Shown one piece after another: positions 50,609 to 63,725 of a stretch of 64,000 nt of DNA (position 1 is its first letter; each line of letters begins with the position of its first letter). The notes beneath the pieces are model-generated. The model was not told the DNA's origin, did no database searches, and saw only the letters and a list, made by a program, of their open reading frames with translations. Source of the stretch: Lytechinus pictus (Eukaryota); NCBI RefSeq assembly GCF_037042905.1, contig NC_087251.1, positions 14,882,001 to 14,946,000 on the forward strand, given 5' to 3'. A program made the translations under genes and the position numbers.

Positions 50609-52588
50609 TAAAACTTGTGTGATGTTCCATACACTGATAGACTTTGCAAATGACTGGTGTTCTTTTGCTATGAGATTCTTCTAATATAGGTTCTATCTAG
50701 GTTTAACCTTTATATCAAAATTTGATAGACATTAACATTTGATTTATCATAATTGCATTAGGCTTGTTAATAACAATGATTTTAACATACAATCATGATA
50801 AGATCATTTTTCAAATTTAGATGATGAGAATGGAAATGGTGAAAGCTTGATTGATTCAGTGTCCACTGTCCAATTATATGTTCCAGTCATTTAGAGTCTT
50901 GCGCAACTTAATTATGAAAAGTAGAAGCAAAGAATAGCTTTATAAAAACAGCCCTATATGAAAAGGGAAGGACGTGCAGTCCAGGAAGAAGCCTTTTGTT
51001 TTGGCTTAATTTGGTGTTAATTTGCTTTATCCATAGAAGCAGTTTTAGGGTTAAATTCAAGTTTGATATTTATGTTACTTGTTTTTGCTACGATTGATGT
51101 AATTATCTCTTGATTTTTGTCTAAAATGAAATAGTCCCAAGTTCAGAAGAGCTCCTTTTCCTTTCTACCCCTCTGTAATGCAAACTCATCATAACAAGTC
51201 TTTTGTTAAACTAATCTTGCAAATTTATTGTTATATGTTGTCAAATCAAATACACAGGAAATGAAACTTCCATTGAGATCTCCTTGGTTTATAAAAATAA
51301 ATCCAATTCGTTAGTAGTAATTATTTTAGAGCAGTCCTTATGTCGATGCATCATACATGTATTTCTGACACGTACATCACTTTCATAGTTTAATTAATCT
51401 TTTGACAGAACTGTCTAATTATAGCTCACTTCAAGTGGGTCAGTTTTGTTTTTATATGTTGTGATATTTTGTCTATCTACAGTATAAGTGTTTATTTTTT
51501 TTTATTGTAACTACTTGTCATCTACATGTACAAGGGAAGGATCATAGCAATCTTAATAAACTTGCAAATTGCAGTTTTTATATTTTCATGTAAGTGAAAC
51601 TGTTTTTATCTCTGATTTTGATGAATTTTCAGGGTTATACTTATGGCACACCATTGCAAAAATTACTATTTATGTTCAAGAAGAAAAATATATGCAACAA
51701 AATATGAAATGATATTTTCAAGAAGAAAAATATATGCAACAAATATGATGTATTCAAGATTTATGGGCATTTTCACGGTAACTGATGTTACACGGAACAA
51801 TTTAACACACCTTTCATTGTGTGTATCTAAAACAACAAATGATGGAAGTTTGCTTTTGATAGAGTTAATAAAGTGAAACTTGCTGTATACTCTTGATACT
51901 AAGTTTTTCAATGTAACTACATTTGTTACGCATCAGCAAGCAAAAATGTGTCGGTAACTGAAGGGTGTTCAATAAAATCTAAATATCTCATGTCCTAGAG
52001 TAGATAGAGTAATAATTTGAATATGTAAATATACCTTCGTTACTAGGTTAAAAAGTGTCAAAATATTGAATAATTTGTTTTTATCTTTTGGGAGATATGA
52101 TAAATTCTCTACGACCATGCTGGTAACTGAGGTTATGGTAACTGACGTTACACTTAATTTGCCATAGAGATAACACATGGAAGTCAAATGTGTGGAATCA
52201 TTGCATTGTATCTTATGTGCAGGGCTTCACATGAAAGTGAGCTTGATGTGGAAGTATACCTAAGTTTCTAGGAATATTTCAATGAAATTTTTTTTATTAG
52301 GTGATCTGTCGATCGACAGATCAACTCTTAATTTCGTAAGAATTTTCTTTTTTATTTATTTATTTGTATTTTTCCGCCCTTTTCTTGTGACCATAAAATC
52401 TCCAAATCTACATTATCAATTTTCTTCAAAATATCATCAGGTATGGGGACTTATCATGTCATCTGTTTAAAACAAGTTCAAGGTCAAAAGGTCATCGTGA
52501 CATCATCTAGACGCCATTTTGTAAAATCACATTATCAATCAACTTCATTATCAATTATTAAAAATTAACAATATTTACATCACATTAA

Positions 52589-53167
52589 AGGAAACCAAAA
52601 CCCAAGGAGAGAAGCAATCTTATTGCAAAGAGTAAAATGAGAGGAACAAATAAAAAAAAGATTCATCAAAATCGGTTATGAAATAAGCAAGTTACAGACA
52701 TTTAAAAAGTCTTGTTTTACTTTCTATGGGGATCCTCAAATTGGCAAACGTGCTTCAAAATGGCTGATTTTGTGGACAACTCTCCATTTGTTTTGTACAC
52801 AAATTTTCAGATTTTCCCCTTTATTTTACATATTTCAAATTATCTCCTCCTGACCTTGACATATGTGGTGTGAATTATATTTTCCCATGACATATGTCGT
52901 GCTCAGAAGGAGGCAAGATGCAATTTGAAAGATAATGAGGAAAATCTGAAAAATTGTGTACGAAACAAATGGAGAGTTGTCCACAAAATCAGCCATTTTG
53001 AAGCACGTTTGCCAATTTGAAGATCCCCATAGAAAGTACAACAAGAGTTTTCAAACTACCATAACTTGCTTATTTCATAACCGATTTTGATGAAACTTGT
53101 TTTAAATTGTTCCTCTCGTTTTACTCTTTGCTATAAGATTGCTTCTCTTCGTGGGTTTTGGTTCCCT
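52589..53167. mobile_element. TTAA-flanked foldback MITE (Kolobok-like) nested in the HINE-like element
   Basis: ttaa|aggaaaccaaaaccca ... tgggttttggttccct|ttaa; inverted arms of ~240 bp. Confidence 0.88.
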
Positions 53168-53933
53168 TTAACTTCAGGTCAAAGGTCAACTGTCCATGTC
53201 ATCAAAGGTCATGTAAAGGTCACGACGCGCACGTACGCGCACGTAAAAATTTTAAAATGCTCAAAATCACTTTGACCAAAGTAGAGTATGAATCAGGTCA
53301 TTTTAAGCATTTCAAAAATTTGCGCGTGCACACGGTTACGCGTGTAATGGCACTATACAACATTCATTGTAGCTCTTCAGGAAGTCCGTTGACCCCCATT
53401 TTTTTTCATATTCGAATAGAGTATGGATGGGAAATATGATTTCATGCCACATTTGACCCTTAATTTCATCATGACGTCATCAAAATGGCGTCGGAACTCA
53501 AAATTTCCATATTGCTACTTATGACGTCATCATAGTTATGCAAATTTGACTCTTAACTCTGTAAATATTGGTCAATTTCTGCTCAGTTTTTTATATGTTG
53601 TAGCTGAGGACATACTCTTTTTAATGTGTCAGCAATATCATCCTGAAAAATGGCAAGTTATAGAGGCATGTCATTTTCGCTCATTTTGTGTGCAATCTCT
53701 ATGGGAAATGACTTTTTCTCAAAACTGGATTCTACATTCCTCTATTTCGCGAGCCATAGCTCCACTTTTTTTTGTCGGTTTTCTCTGAGCTTTTAGTATG
53801 TTGTAGCTGAGATTCAAAGCTATCGCCAGTATGGTCTCCATTTTCCGATCAGATGCCGGGATCATGCCCGTATTTCTCTTGCAAAATTGGATTTGAGATC
53901 TTCTTAATTTGCTTATGTGTAAAGTCTATGGGA

Positions 53934-54005
53934 AATAGTGTAGCTCAATTGGTAAGGCATCAGACTTGCGTCTAAAGGGTCCACGGTTCGAGCCCAGGGG
54001 TGAAC
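53934..54005 (+). pseudogene. tRNA-like sequence (A and B boxes intact, acceptor stem not paired)
   Basis: tagctcaattggtaaggc (A box / D arm), tcaga-cttgcg-tctaa (anticodon-like arm), ggttcgagccc (B box), T-runs at 54013-54038. Confidence 0.65.
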
Positions 54006-55144
54006 ATGATAATTTTTTTTCCTTTTTTTTTTTTTTTTCAACATTTCGCATAGGTCCTATATGACCATTGCAAGGTATATAAGTTAAAATATTGCACAAT
54101 AATAGAGATTAAAATTCCTTTTAATAGGCCTATAACATGTACCATGTGTATCGCCCACCTATTTCACATAACTTCTCAATTTCCCTCTTTTCAAGAGTAT
54201 TCAACATGTTCTTTTCGTAATAAAAGTTCAGTTTTCATCATGATGATCATATTGATCTCAATAAACATGGTGATTGTATTCGTGATCATGAGAATCTCAG
54301 ACAGATCACCTAATTCGTCCTCATGACAACTTAAAATTCTAGTTTTTCTTAATTCCCTTCTTTGATTTGAACATTTTATTATTACTTGTCGGTAACTGAC
54401 ATTACACATTAACATTTACCAGTACTATATGATTTTCACAGACCTGTATTAAAATCATAAAAGTTTCATAATACTTCACATTTTAAATTATCAAACAATA
54501 AGAAAACCAAAAAAATATATATATATATATATTTGGTCTGATATATTATATAACCAAGGTACTTGGTAAATACATGTACATATGCAAAACAATTTCATAG
54601 TAATTTCTTTTGCATGATGGGAATGCAACTTCCTTCATAATTCTATAAAGTATTCCTTGTGAGCTATACCTTTTAAAAGTAAATAGCAAGCTCCTTCTGG
54701 TGTGATTTAACTACAAGTGAAAGACTTAAATAACAAGTATGTACAATATTTCTTCACCATAAAATTTACCACATTTGCATTTCACTAATGGTAACCAACG
54801 TTTTATCATGGTTACACCTATTTAATGGTACCCTATGGCTTGATTGTTAATTGATTATCTTAAATTTTGGTGTAGAAGGAGGGGGGTTACCTAAGGAGGA
54901 AATCTACCAAGTTTCATATAATATATCCTCTTTTCTTGGATAAGTTTGTTTAGGTGCGTAATATTTTAACATGGCATGTACTAAACATGTAAAAATGTCC
55001 CCCAAAATACCATAAACCAGTTTTTCAGGGGATTTTCTACATAAATTTACTAGTTAGGCAGAATTGCATACTAGGGCAACTTTGTCACCAGGTGGGTGTT
55101 CCATGAAGCTGTACATTTATGAATGAATTTGTGTACATCTATGT

Positions 55145-55432
55145 GGAGCGTTGTGGCCCAGTGGATTAGTCTCTGGACTTTGAAACAGGGTCGTGGCGTA
55201 ATTTCCTTCGGCAAGAAATTTATCCACATTGTGCTGCACTCAACCCAGGTGAGGTGAATGGGTACCTGGCAGGAATTTATTCCTTGAAATGCATGGGTGC
55301 TGCAATCTATAATAATTATGGCTGCCAAGCTACAGCTGGGGTAATAATATCCAAGTCCTATGGAAGCGCATAGAGACATTATTCATAATTGTGATATGCG
55401 CAATACAAGAATTGTGTATTTATTATTATTAT
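55145..55432 (+). mobile_element. tRNA-derived SINE with B-box deletion, inserted in a MITE (55091-55532)
   Basis: ggagcgttgtggcccagtggattagtctctggactttgaaac head; central cactcaacccaggtgaggtgaatgggtacc; tail aagcgcatagagac...tatgcgcaatacaagaa...(tta)n. Confidence 0.85.
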
Positions 55433-55533
55433 GTCTTGTGTCTCTTTCTTGTGCTAAATGGTATCCCTATGTATGTGAGTTGTGTGTGAAAGTCATGCGA
55501 AACTTAACGAACAGCTTTATGAAAAACCTACCA

Positions 55534-55710
55534 GGTGGGTGTTTCATAAAGCGATTCGGAAGTTAAGAGCGACGTTAAAAACGACTGGTGATCCTTGTGG
55601 TAAATAGTATACCAAAATGTTTATTGGCAATGGTTTAGCGCGTAAGAAAGGGTCACTAGTCGTTCTTAAAGTCGCTCTTAACTTACGAACAGCTTTATGA
55701 AACAGCCCCC
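55534..55710. mobile_element. Palindromic MITE, adjacent to a related copy at 55091-55532
   Basis: ggtgggtgtttcataaagcgattcggaagttaagagcgac ... gtcgctcttaacttacgaacagctttatgaaacagcccc. Confidence 0.85.
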
Positions 55711-56964
55711 AGATATGATTTGGAGATGACACTTGGATATACATGTACTCATGAATGCAAACAGTGTATTGAAACATATTGACTGTTGGATGGAGAAACT
55801 AAACTGAAAGCTCATGGTAGAGAGTGTAGAGAGGTTACGTAAACAAATGCACCCCTAGATGCAATCACAATAGGATTGGAACCATTTCCTAGGGAAGGGT
55901 GTGCACTCAAATAACAACAGATAGATCTTGTTCACAACTGAGTTTGAACAATCTTATTAGCAAGTAGTATGCGTAGATACTTCTCACCATGAATTCATTG
56001 TCGTTTGTTTTTATTTAGGTAGTGCTGTAGATTTAGCACCATGTTTTTGTTTGAGGCAAGGATTCCAACCCCTGAAAAATATCCCCAACCTACACCCTTG
56101 TTATTGCCTTCTTAACCCCCCCCCCTGAAAATTAAATGATTTGATTTTGTATCACTTTATTTCAATATTCATAAAGGATCAGATGACATATAAAATAAAA
56201 TAATAATAATTACATCTTGTAAAAAATGCATTTTCTGTGATATTTGTGAAAAAATAATGGGAACTTAAACATATTGAAACTTTAGCAAAATAATCCCTAG
56301 CTTGCACAGGAGAGCATCTAGCACCCCCCCTCCAAACCCTCCTCCCCCCCCCCCCCCCGAAAATCATGTAAAAATCCATATTCAACATATATTTGTAATT
56401 AATATAAAAATACATGAAGTGGGAACTGTTTTATGAAATATGTCAACTACTGAAAAATAAAGCTACGATTGTACCAGAGAGCATACATGTATATGTAGCA
56501 ATTCAGAGCACTCTAGACCCCTGCCACAATGGTTGAATTCTGTGTTTAAAATAACAATTTGATGTTACTTGCAAACCCTCCATAATTCAACTTTCTTAAA
56601 GTTGGCATAAACTGGTGCTCAGGGTTTGTCAACTCGTGCGGAACTTGGCAGGTTGAGTGTTTGCTGGGTTAAAATATCTGAACCTAATATAACTAACATG
56701 GTAAATATACATAAGTGTTGTGATTTAATTTGTAAATGCCCTGTGAGCTATCTTTTCTATATTAAGAAGATTTTTTTTTGCATATAAGTTCTCATTACAC
56801 AAAACTCAAATAAAAATGTTTTAATGACGTAGTGAGGTGGAAAGTTGTTTACTTGATTTATGCCTTAAGTTATTTACAGACAAATTGGATCAAAGGAAAT
56901 GATTTAAAAGACATGGTTTTATTTCCCGGCAAATAGGCTCCTTTGTATATTGAATATGCATAAT

Positions 56965-57388
56965 TCATAATGTTTATTCCTTTCTTAAGATAAATACCAG
57001 TTTTGTGGGAATGATCTCAAAATGAGTTCGAACAGATTCCAATTAAATTACCACCAAAGTGCTTGTATAAATAAAAAGTATGTGCCAAATAGCTCTGGAA
57101 AAAAATGCTTAATTGCTGAGAAATGAGCAAAATAAGCATGGAATTTGATTAAATGTCTGGTATTTTTCAAAGCGATATTAATACACTCTCCCACATATGC
57201 TTTTCTGAGTTAATGATCATTAGAATTATTTATATTGAGCTAAGATTTCATGACGTTACAAAGATAAGTTTACATTAATGTACCAGATCTAGATGTACAT
57301 GTAATGTAATATTTTGACAATTAACCTTGAAATAAAAGACTTTCTCATGAAATAACTGATTGCTGCAACTACTGTCTTTTACCTTTAA
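56965..57388. mobile_element. Degenerate TTAA-flanked MITE
   Basis: ttaagataaataccagttttgtgggaatgatc ... gattgctgcaactactgtcttttacctttaa. Confidence 0.55.
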
Positions 57389-60375
57389 GAATGTGTTTAT
57401 TTATACAAGTTTGTTTGAACATAAATGCGACAGTCATTCTGGCACAAATATTTGCAGTAGTGAGAGGATGTGTGATTTTTAATAGAAAATTATTGAGTGG
57501 TGACATCTTCATGTATTCTTTATCTGGAAGAGGTGGATCTTATATAGGAAATTGTATTGGTGTCTTATAGCAGGCCTCGATTCAACTTACCGAGCTCATA
57601 AATATTGATTTAATTCCTGAGATTAAAAGGGGCTTGCGCTCTTGCCAGGGCAATCTCAGGGATACTTTTTAGTCCACTGTTCAAAAAGGAACCAGCTGGC
57701 TATAACTGCACATGCCCACACCAGGCCCATGTTTTCATGACATCATCTTCTGGAAGCGAGAGCTCACACAAGCTACATGTAAGCCATGCATATAGCGAAC
57801 TATCAAGTGAAGCAACATGTAGGTTTGCGAGCAGCTTACTTGGCTATTTTGGCCAGAAACTTTTATTCAAAATTTATGACTTAGATGCATGGACCAGGTA
57901 TGGACTACAGATGCTACTTTTCAGACTTTTAAACTGATTTTTGCCATTAGAAACATATTTCTTGTTTTCAAATGGCGCATGCTTGATGATATTCAGATGT
58001 ATTTATAAATTTGAAAGGGGCATATCTCTTTCTGTCTTTTTTGCTCTTTCGTTCTCCCACTCCTTATTTTTCCTGTTGCTCCTACTCTTCGTCTTTCTTT
58101 TCCACTCTGCCTCTCATTTTCCTCTCTTTTATACATGTATTGATTCCCTCCTGTCTGTCTCTCTTTTACTCTCCCATTGTAAGGGCCTATAGAATGTTCA
58201 CATGACTATGTACCTACGGTCAAAGTACAAGATTTAATTATAAATCTTAGGAAGAGGGGATTGATGGGAAAATATGGATGTGAAGTATTTGCTTTCTCAT
58301 TTCAAGAGCATATTAACACAGTAAAATTCAACACTCGTTAAGTAATAAGTTTGTAGTGTTGCCCATTGAATAGTATGAAAATTTTCCTTTTCATTATTTA
58401 GAATTTGTTCAAATGTGCATTTTCACGAGCTAAAATTCCCCTTCCTGTTTTCAACATTTGGTCCATGCTGTACATGTAATAATCCACTCCAAGCAGCAAA
58501 AATAGGGAGTTTTATGAACAGTGAACGTGAACAGCGTAGCAGTCGTCTGATTATTCGAGTCAATGTCATCGTCTGCCCTTGTTCACTACAGATAAAAATA
58601 TATTAGATTTCACCTGACTTGTACGTGTACGTACGTCCACATGAAACAGCGTTGTAACTAGCGGGTCATGACACGCTGCCCAACTCGGAAGATCTGGCTT
58701 ACCATACGTGTCACGGCCCGGTCGGGTGATGCGAAGGTGCAACTCGTGCACACTTGCTTTGATTCCTTTTTACGTGACTTAGGAAAGAGAGAGCGATATA
58801 TATTTTGAAGTTTAGAAAACAATTTCATATATGATAGACATAATGCATCGTACAACTTACATTAATTTTGTGAAAAGTCACTGCAAACAGCATTTTATAA
58901 AAAGGAACTGTTGCAACTGATCTTCATGCTGAGCTTGAGTGACTGTGATTTAGGAGAACTGCAGAATGGAGGTGGCGAGGTTCTCAATTCTGATAGTCGA
59001 TGAGGGTGAGAACCTGACGCATATGGTAGGCCAAAAAATGACGTCATCTCGTACCAGTCATCTATGTCTATGTCTATGTATGTTTCTAAAAGTGCTCAAT
59101 ACTGTTGCAAGAACCCTCTTGATAAATCAGTCTTAAATGGAGCAGTTGTCATGGTAATTCCATACATCTACATCAGGTTAGCATGTGATGAAAAGCTATG
59201 TGGGAAGCTCAGTTTTGTGCTTACTCAACAAGTGATCATTTGAACTTGCTAGGAACTTGTTTGTAAGCAGTTCAGACTTTAGTGCTACCACTTTAATTTT
59301 CTGGTTTGCGCAGGGTCAGACAATTAATATATCTACATGTACAGTGCTATGGAAATGTCTATTATTATGATTTGCATGTACATGTATACTGGAAATAGCA
59401 GTTCTCACTTGATGAACAGCACACAAATGATATGCCGATCTAATATTTAGGTTTCTGTGGATGAATTTAATGTTGACCTTCAAAACACTTGATCATTTGG
59501 TCTCTTTTAATTCTATTTCTGAGTAAATGTCAACATTTACTTTTTTGGCAAATCTCCAGGCCATAAAATGGTAGATAAAGCATACAGGTTCCACAGGGCA
59601 TGTGGATTCATGTATGTACACACAAGGAGTATATGTGCTTAGTGAACACAGAGAAAACTAAAGAGGTAGGCCTATTCAATATACTCTGCTTGCTTCTGTA
59701 CAAAAGTTGCATTTTGATTGCTCTAACTTATGGTATTAGCTGGCATGCTTCAACACGAGTCCGACCACTTAACTGTTATACCTGTTTTTATTCAGATAGA
59801 GCTATCTCAGCTCCAGGGTACGTTGTAAAAATATTGATTTATTTATTCGTAAGCAGTCATGCTGTATTTTACAATTGGAATACCTGGCTTAAGTTCATAG
59901 TACATTTTACAGTGCATTTAATCATCAGTGGGGATTTTTTTGCACTGAGACGTGCTTCTTATTTTACGTTGATTGTACCAAATGTACATTTAAGTATTTG
60001 GGCCCATGAAATATCTGCAATATTTTCATGTTGACTGGGGGGGGGTGTATTGAAAATTGTCTCTACAGTGTATATTTGGTAATTCATTGTTGGACAGTGT
60101 GTAAATAGTGTGGAACCGAATAATATTGAAATAATTTGTAGGGTGCTGCTACGTATGTCTACCAAAAATATGATAGTTGTTAGGATTTGGCATACTTCTT
60201 ATTATGTTAAATTATCAATAAGAAAGTTCTGATGAAATAAAAGGGTTACAAGACAATATGGTTCATTCCTAATGATGCATTCTTAAAGCACAATCTAGAA
60301 TATTCAGAAATTATGTGTGACGAAGTACTGTAGAGGGTCAAACCACCAGCACCTTGTCCCTTTATTGGTATGCAT

Positions 60376-61499
60376 CAGGGTCGGAATTACACGGGGGCGA
60401 CGGGCGATTTTGCCCCCATGACAGCCCAAATCGGCCCTAAAAATTCTCAAAACCCAATGCTTTGGGGCGACTATTAATTTCAGAATCGCCCCAATGAAAT
60501 ACCATCGACAATGTAAAAAATACTTCACATAATTACGTTCTCCGGCGGCGGAGCAAGCGCATCTTTTATATCGCCCTTGCCAGCTTTAAGTTGAACGGTC
60601 GATGCAATATCAGAGCCTTCCGTAACACCGGAAGCTTCGCGATTAAAAATAAACGCGCAATGCAATATGGGATGCGGAGTATGCATAGTCTTTAGCACAG
60701 GTTTTTTTAGAATTGTTGACGCACTTGCCGCATGGCTTACATTGTATGTACATGTACGAGTGCACGATTAGACTGCACAGCTGGTAACGAGACCATGTGC
60801 ATCGTACGGTATATTATGTGTACTAGGCATGCACAGAATTGTATGCGATCATCAGGTGATTGTGGCAGCGCTGATTATCGACATCGTCGAGTCGGAGTGC
60901 GAGATGGATAAGTTTCTAATTCGAGTTCAATCTGGCTCTGCCAAACGGCCAGAGCCAGCGCCAGAAGCCTCTTCAAATCGAGATACTGTTGAGAAGGATA
61001 AGCCAAAAAAGAAACAGTACTGTACAGAGACAATCGACAGTAAAGTCTTGGCCTTGGGGCCTCGATTGGCTCGAATCTGAAGTGTGTGAAGCTGAAGGCG
61101 ACTCTGGTGCACTAGCGTACCTACCGGGGGGGGGGGGGGCAGGGGGCAGTTTGCCCCCCCCCCCCCCCACGAGTCACAACCCATGCACTTTTTTTTTTTT
61201 TTTGCTTGTCACATTTTCGGGCGGACGAATTTGCCCCCCTGTGAAAAATCCTAGGTACGCCACTGCTCTGGTGGGATCACTGTTGTTTATTGTAAGGCCT
61301 GTAGCCTACAGTAATTACAGTTAAAAATGTTCTGAGCTTTTAGGCATCACATTGAGTCTCGGAATGTCAAAAGGTAATTGCTGATATGCGATAAATAAAG
61401 TAGCCCCATGAATTAGAAAATAGCCCCAAGATATTCAGTGGTAGCCCCAATGTAAAAAAAAAAGTAGCCCCTAAAAAAAAAAAATTAATTCCTACCCTG
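60376..61499 (+). mobile_element. hAT-like deletion derivative with 8-bp TSD and possible transposase N-terminal remnant
   Basis: gtatgcat|cagggtcggaatta ... taattcctaccctg|gtatgcat; subterminal gggcga/cgccc and agcccc motifs; MDKFLIRVQ...KPKKK peptide at ~60904. Confidence 0.85.
61110..61265. mobile_element. 156-bp hAT-like MITE nested in the previous element
   Basis: ctctggtg|cactagcgtaccta ... taggtacgccactg|ctctggtg. Confidence 0.88.
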
Positions 61500-62013
61500 G
61501 TATGCATGGGTACATTCGTGTATATACATGTGTTAACCTTTTTGAGAGTGCCTGGCGCTCTAATTTGAATGGAGACTTTGATGTCTTCGGATAACATTAA
61601 CAGTATTTGACTATAGTATTATATAAATTGAAATGTGAATGTACGCAATGTGAAAAGAAAAACAATTTTTTGTTTGACATGCGTGATATCTTTGAATGAT
61701 ATCACTATTTGCTGAAGTGAAGTGTGCGATGTCAAAAGAAAAATCTGTTCTTCAGCTGACTTATTTTCACTTTAATAAAGGTACATGTATGGCACACTAT
61801 CAAATGGGAAAATATTCAATGAAAATACCTGTAATATTGGGCACAAATATCATGCCTCAGACGTTTTTCTGGGATTCCAATCTGGAGTTTTACCATGACG
61901 TCTTCTATGTGTAGCTGTAGCTTCATCAAAGAGTTTACTGATTGTTTTGAGATCTGCCTGTTATACACAGGTGAAATTTGCAAGTGGGAAGGTTGACAAG
62001 ACTAATCCCTTGA

Positions 62014-62170
62014 GGGGCTTTCACAATTGGTTAACTGATTAATCGCTAAATGAAATGGCCTATCACGATCATCGTTGCATGTGCATTTTGCTCAGTAGAC
62101 TGACTGAGAACCAATCAGAATTATTCTTTCAAATTAGCGATTAATTGCGAACCTTCGTGTTATGAGGCCC
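62014..62170. mobile_element. Short MITE with 3-bp TSD (TGA)
   Basis: tga|ggggc...gattaatcgcta ... tagcgattaattgcgaaccttcgtgttatgaggccc|tga; degenerate relative at ~49240-49390. Confidence 0.6.
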
Positions 62171-63484
62171 TGAACGCAACAAATGGGTGACAATGTATTT
62201 AAGCTCATGGTTGCACGGTCAGAAAAGGTTGTAAAACCAGTAATCAAAGCCCCTGTTCCACATTGATATTCCTGCTACTGTTGGCAAATTTCTAAGATTG
62301 AGTAGGATAGTATGAAAATAAACCTTTGACGTGGAAGAGTAACGAAATGTTTGCCAGAATGAATACCTTCACAGGATAACCACATCAGTGTCATGTTCAC
62401 GTACTGTCTGGAAAGACCTTCCCATACTCAGCCTGCTGCTTCATATCATGTAGTTTAGATTCACTAGGTGTTTTATCTTTTAAAATGCAAGAGCTCTTTA
62501 TTCAATGTTTTAACATTAGATTCCATGTTCTTCGTTGACACATACAAAACATTCTGATAATCTTTTTTTACGAGTGTTAATTTTAGAATTTTAGAAATGC
62601 ACGAACACGTGCAAAATTTATCAAAATAGGTTGTGTCAGCACTCAGCAGATTTTCTAATGGTGAATGGTTTTCTATTGGATATGAGCTTTTATTTCAAGA
62701 TTTTCACTGCACTTTTCATATTTAAAATTGTTAGGCCTTAAAAATTGCATTTTCTGTGAAATTCTGGGAATTGTATGTTCTTTTGAATGAGGTGAAATTT
62801 TTCCACAAATGGAAGTATTCTGACTGGAAATGTGGCTGCTGATCTGCACAAATGTCCCTTATCGATTTTCCTTGTCGTCACGACGTTGGTTCAATCCATT
62901 TTTCAATTGATCCATGTCCCCTCTCCTTAGATTGGGAGTTTCAGTTCATGCATAGTCAGTTTATACCCAAGAAAATTTAAAAAGAGATTTTTGCTGGCAA
63001 AAATGAATTCTTAATTTTCATGGGCTACTTTTCACAACTATGTACATGTACTACCTGAATCTGCAACATTGGATAAACTTTGAAAATGCAACAAATGGGG
63101 ATTTTCCAGGGCTCTTTTGAGCATTTTTTTGGGGGGGAATCGCCCCAGCCCCCGTGTATTTGTTTCCCTGGATTCATGTACCTGTTGATACCTGTTTATA
63201 CCATTGTACCTTTATAATATCTATCCTGTTTCTCCTTTGTCTTTTTTCCTCTTTTTCCCCTGTTTTTCTTTCTCTTTTAAAAATTATTACAAACATAAAA
63301 CTGATTTCTATAACGTGTGTTGGACTTTGTTGTGTGCTATCTCTTTCACCTACATTGTTATTTGCCTGTTTTCATTGTAATCTGATACACGTGTACACTG
63401 CACCTTTATAACCTCTATGATAGTTGACACTCAAATGTAGAACTTGTCTTTATGTAGGAGAACCTTTTCAGTATTTCTGTATTG

Positions 63485-63725
63485 CATCTCTTTTTTTTTC
63501 TTTCCACCTTTCTATTCCCTTTTTTTCTTTCCTCTGTTTGTCTTTCTTTCTTTTACTCCCTCTCCTCTCCATCCTTTTCATCTCATTCCCCTTTCCTCTC
63601 CCTTTACCCTGTCTTCTCTCCCTTTCCCTCACCCTGTCTCCTTAGCTCTCCGTTACCCTCCCCCTCCCCTTACCCTTACCCCCCCCCTTCTCCTTCCATG
63701 TCTCTCTCTCTCATCTATCTTTTCA
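63485..63725. repeat. Polypyrimidine (CT-rich) low-complexity tract
   Basis: ~240 nt that are mostly C/T on the + strand. Confidence 0.9.

Larger units (their letters stand above)
52296..54342 (+). mobile_element. Helentron-associated (HINE/DINE-like) non-autonomous element
   Basis: Subterminal IRs attaggtgatctgtc (52296) and gacagatcacctaat (54300); 5' palindrome tgatctgtcgatcgacagatca; short 3' stem-loop then ctag; T-runs on both flanks, no clear TSD. Confidence 0.65.

Noticed and set aside
53934..54005. Functional tRNA gene
   Set aside because: The acceptor stem does not pair and the anticodon arm is irregular; it lies inside a repeat.
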